Shown: positions 15,368 to 17,564 of the stretch, piece after piece
Layout: each line of letters starts with the position of its first letter
Numbering within the stretch: position 1 is the first letter of the stretch
From: Elusimicrobiota bacterium
Lineage (GTDB): Bacteria; Elusimicrobiota; Elusimicrobia; UBA1565; JACRDR01
Length of the DNA: 17,564 bases
Reading direction: 5' to 3'
NCBI GenBank assembly: GCA_041694815.1
Contig: JBGFSC010000053.1
Span: forward strand, 1 to 17,564
Position numbers and translations under genes: made by a program
Notes under the pieces: model-generated
Seen by the model: the letters and a program-made list of their open reading frames with translations, nothing else
What the model was told of the DNA's origin: nothing
Databases searched by the model: none

Positions 15368-16233
15368 TGACTCGCGGCTTGAGGGATCGCGTCCAGCTCG
15401 GCCTTGAGGGCCGCCGTCTCCGCGACCGCCTTCTTGGAATGCGCCTGAGCCGACTCCACGGCTTGCTTGCCCGCGGCAATTCCCGCGGGCGTCCCTTCGC
15501 CGTTGGGGTAGGCCCATTCCCGGGTGACGCCGATGGCCTTGGCCGCCTCGTTGATCGCCGCGCCCGTATTGACTATGGTCTTCTTGGCGTGGGCGACGGC
15601 TTGAGAGGCCTCGGGGCCGCATTTATCGGCAACGGGAGAGGCCTGTCCTAAATAGTCCTGGGCGGAAGCGGCGCTCCAACTGGAGCTCTGGTACCAATGG
15701 TAGGCCGTCTCCCATTCATCGTAAGGGTCCGCTTCGGGGTCGAGCGTGCCGTTCATTTTCGACTCGGCGGTCGAGACGAAGCGCGAGGCGGCCTGCACCG
15801 TCGCTTCCGTGTACTCTGTCGCCTGGATGGTCTCCGCCACCGCGTCGCGGCTGATCTGGCACGGGTCCACCGCCGGGGTCTTGGGCCCGCAGGCGGCGAG
15901 CACCATCATGAGGGTCAGCATCATCGCCAACACCATGCCATGGCGCGTCTTCTTGCCTTGGGGCTTGACCATCCCGGGCGGCGGAACGGCCTTATGTCCC
16001 CTCGCCGTCGAGCCCCGGGAGGAATCGCTCGGGGACGCCACTCCCAGCGCCCCGCCGGCCCTGGAAACGGAGACCCCGGGCACCGCGGCGGGGGGTCCGG
16101 ATTTCTGGCCGGTAAACATCTGCCCGGCGGCGACGCTTCGCTCCTCGTCGCTGGCGCCGGAGGGATTATGATGCGCGGCCGCCGAGATCCAAGCCCCGAC
16201 AATTAAAACTAGCAACAAGGTGATTTTTTTCAA
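15364..16233 (-). CDS. Secreted protein with an internal lipobox-like segment and helical C-terminal domain
   Basis: SD GGAGG 5 nt before TTG 16233; signal MKKITLLLVLIVGAWISAAA; internal KKTRHG-hydrophobic-LAAC. Confidence 0.75.
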   Translation of the reverse strand: MKKITLLLVLIVGAWISAAAHHNPSGASDEERSVAAGQMFTGQKSGPPAAVPGVSVSRAGGALGVASPSDSSRGSTARGHKAVPPPGMVKPQGKKTRHGMVLAMMLTLMMVLAACGPKTPAVDPCQISRDAVAETIQATEYTEATVQAASRFVSTAESKMNGTLDPEADPYDEWETAYHWYQSSSWSAASAQDYLGQASPVADKCGPEASQAVAHAKKTIVNTGAAINEAAKAIGVTREWAYPNGEGTPAGIAAGKQAVESAQAHSKKAVAETAALKAELDAIPQAASH

Positions 16234-16255
16234 GAAAGCCTCCCAAGGCGGACCA

Positions 16256-16636
16256 TTAAAGCAACCGGGCCGGCTGACGGAACTCGATGCGGAATTCGAC
16301 ATTCGCCAATTCCGGAATTTTTTGGAGCAACTCGCGACGCATCTCCTCCATCACCCGATTTTTAATCCCCAACCATTGCGGCTGGTTTTCGATCATGGTT
16401 AGAACCGGCCACTTATTGCTCTCGTAGATAAATACAAGAACGGGCTTTTTCTCCGCTCCCGCGCAATCGATAGAAACACCCGTGATGCGCTTCGAAGTTT
16501 CATATAGCCGGTCATCGTGGGCGAGGCGCCGCATGGCGTCTTCCTGCGCGGCGAACTGCGGCGCGCACCAGGCTCTAGCACCGGCGGGACAAAGGGCCAG
16601 AAACGCCAGGACTGCCGTCCATTTCCGTCTTATCAT
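16256..16636 (-). CDS. Secreted hypothetical protein
   Basis: ATG 16636 overlaps the upstream stop (TGATG); signal MIRRKWTAVLAFLALCPAGARA; 126 aa. Confidence 0.7.
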   Translation of the reverse strand: MIRRKWTAVLAFLALCPAGARAWCAPQFAAQEDAMRRLAHDDRLYETSKRITGVSIDCAGAEKKPVLVFIYESNKWPVLTMIENQPQWLGIKNRVMEEMRRELLQKIPELANVEFRIEFRQPARLL

Positions 16637-17316
16637 CACCATCGATCCGTCCCATACTTGGTACCAGAGCCTCCGCGCGTCAAGGCATCCAGCCATTGCT
16701 GCCGACGCTCTTGATCCGTCGCATAACCGGCGTCGAGCTGCTTCTCGGTTGGAGACACCTTAAGGCCGAAATACGCGAACGATAACTGGCTGCCGCCAGC
16801 CTGCGTTTTTCTTTCGCTTTTTGCGATCAACAGCTTTCCCACCTTTCTGACGGCGTACTTAATGCTATTCCCGTCGGACAGGTTCAACTCGTACTGCAAA
16901 CTTTTTTCCAGGGAAACTGCCGCCGGATACTGAGGCAGGGCAGCCGTGCGTTGGACTTGATTGTAAATGCTCCACAGGATGGCGCCCGGAAGCTGGTGGT
17001 CGTAGAAATCTGGAGGGCTTCCGGGTTGGTGATGGCGGAAAATTTTAACTTGATCGGAGCCAGGAGCCTCCACCTGCGCAATCAACAGGGCGCTTTGCGC
17101 ATAGTGGGGATACGATTGATCAAAAGAACGCCCCGAATGCCAACCTTCGATTTCCTTTAGCGAGGGTTTCCGCCCTTGTTCAAAGAGTTTCGCCAGTTGC
17201 TCGAATCCGACGCCATTTCGTAATGAGTCGATCGAGGGCGAGGTATCCGATGAGAATGCGGGGCAAATAAGGCTTAACAGCATAATGCCAGACATTATCC
17301 GTCTATAGTTTTTCAT
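16636..17316 (-). CDS. Secreted hypothetical protein
   Basis: GAGGA upstream of ATG 17316; signal MKNYRRIMSGIMLLSLICPAFS; 226 aa; alternative starts up to 17346. Confidence 0.7.
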   Translation of the reverse strand: MKNYRRIMSGIMLLSLICPAFSSDTSPSIDSLRNGVGFEQLAKLFEQGRKPSLKEIEGWHSGRSFDQSYPHYAQSALLIAQVEAPGSDQVKIFRHHQPGSPPDFYDHQLPGAILWSIYNQVQRTAALPQYPAAVSLEKSLQYELNLSDGNSIKYAVRKVGKLLIAKSERKTQAGGSQLSFAYFGLKVSPTEKQLDAGYATDQERRQQWLDALTRGGSGTKYGTDRW

Positions 17317-17383
17317 CTTTCCTCGTTCCATAATTGCGATGAACACCTTGGCATTACTGTATCTACGCTAGGGCGCGACTGCC

Positions 17384-17446
17384 TGGGCTAAAGGAACTAT
17401 CGGGGACCAAGTCTTTGGGCCTAAGCCTCCTAGGCCCTTTGGACCA
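17384..17446. promoter_or_regulatory. Third cluster of GGnCnTTnGnCC-like sites
   Basis: TAGGCCCTTTGGACCA 17431-17446, TGGGCTAAAGGAACTA 17384-17399, weaker TGGGCCTAAG at 17416; upstream of the minus-strand secreted operon. Confidence 0.5.
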
Positions 17447-17469
17447 CAGCTGTCCCAAGAAAGTTTTTT

Positions 17470-17562
17470 CTAGAAGGCAAAATCTAGCTGTAATTTTTGT
17501 AAATTGTCGTCGCGAATGCGGCCAAGCCTGCGCTCATTAAGTCCCAAAAGATCGATGAGCGT
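17470..17562 (-). CDS. Possible 3' end of a gene entering from beyond the window
   Basis: Frame reads ...TLIDLLGLNERRLGRIRDDNLQKLQLDFAF-stop; too short to be sure and another frame is also open. Confidence 0.3.
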   Translation of the reverse strand, partial: TLIDLLGLNERRLGRIRDDNLQKLQLDFAF

Positions 17563-17564
17563 GA

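Noticed and set aside
15368..15622. N-terminal extension of the methyltransferase ORF
   Set aside because: Shadow frame within the upstream gene; Arg/Gly-rich with no domain features

Overview
High-GC bacterial chromosomal window (lineage cannot be established from sequence alone; the style of the orphan secreted genes suggests a poorly characterised phylum such as Elusimicrobiota, weak inference). The core (about 3.0-15.4 kb) encodes a fused membrane/spermidine-synthase-like protein, a DUF47 phosphate-transport regulator, an HTH plus degenerate LAGLIDADG protein, tRNA-Ser(CGA), a short cis-prenyltransferase, an ArnT-like GT-C, a coupled four-gene operon (saccharopine dehydrogenase-like, BtuF-like, SEC-C protein, MBL hydrolase), a short SRPBCC-like gene, tRNA-Gly(GCC), endonuclease III, two small proteins and a SAM methyltransferase. 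Both flanks carry orphan secreted/membrane proteins and the left flank has a BrnT/BrnA toxin-antitoxin pair. Most notable: (1) four otherwise unrelated secreted proteins share a motif after the signal peptide (xDExxSxxAGxxFD/TG, with a later VPxP-like motif and hydrophobic payload in three), and all three secreted-protein transcription units are preceded by clusters of a GGnCnTTnGnCC quasi-palindrome, suggesting an undescribed co-regulated export/sorting system; (2) an apparently inactivated LAGLIDADG protein fused to an HTH directly upstream of tRNA-Ser; (3) several apparently leaderless mRNAs. Many ORF-track starts were revised.
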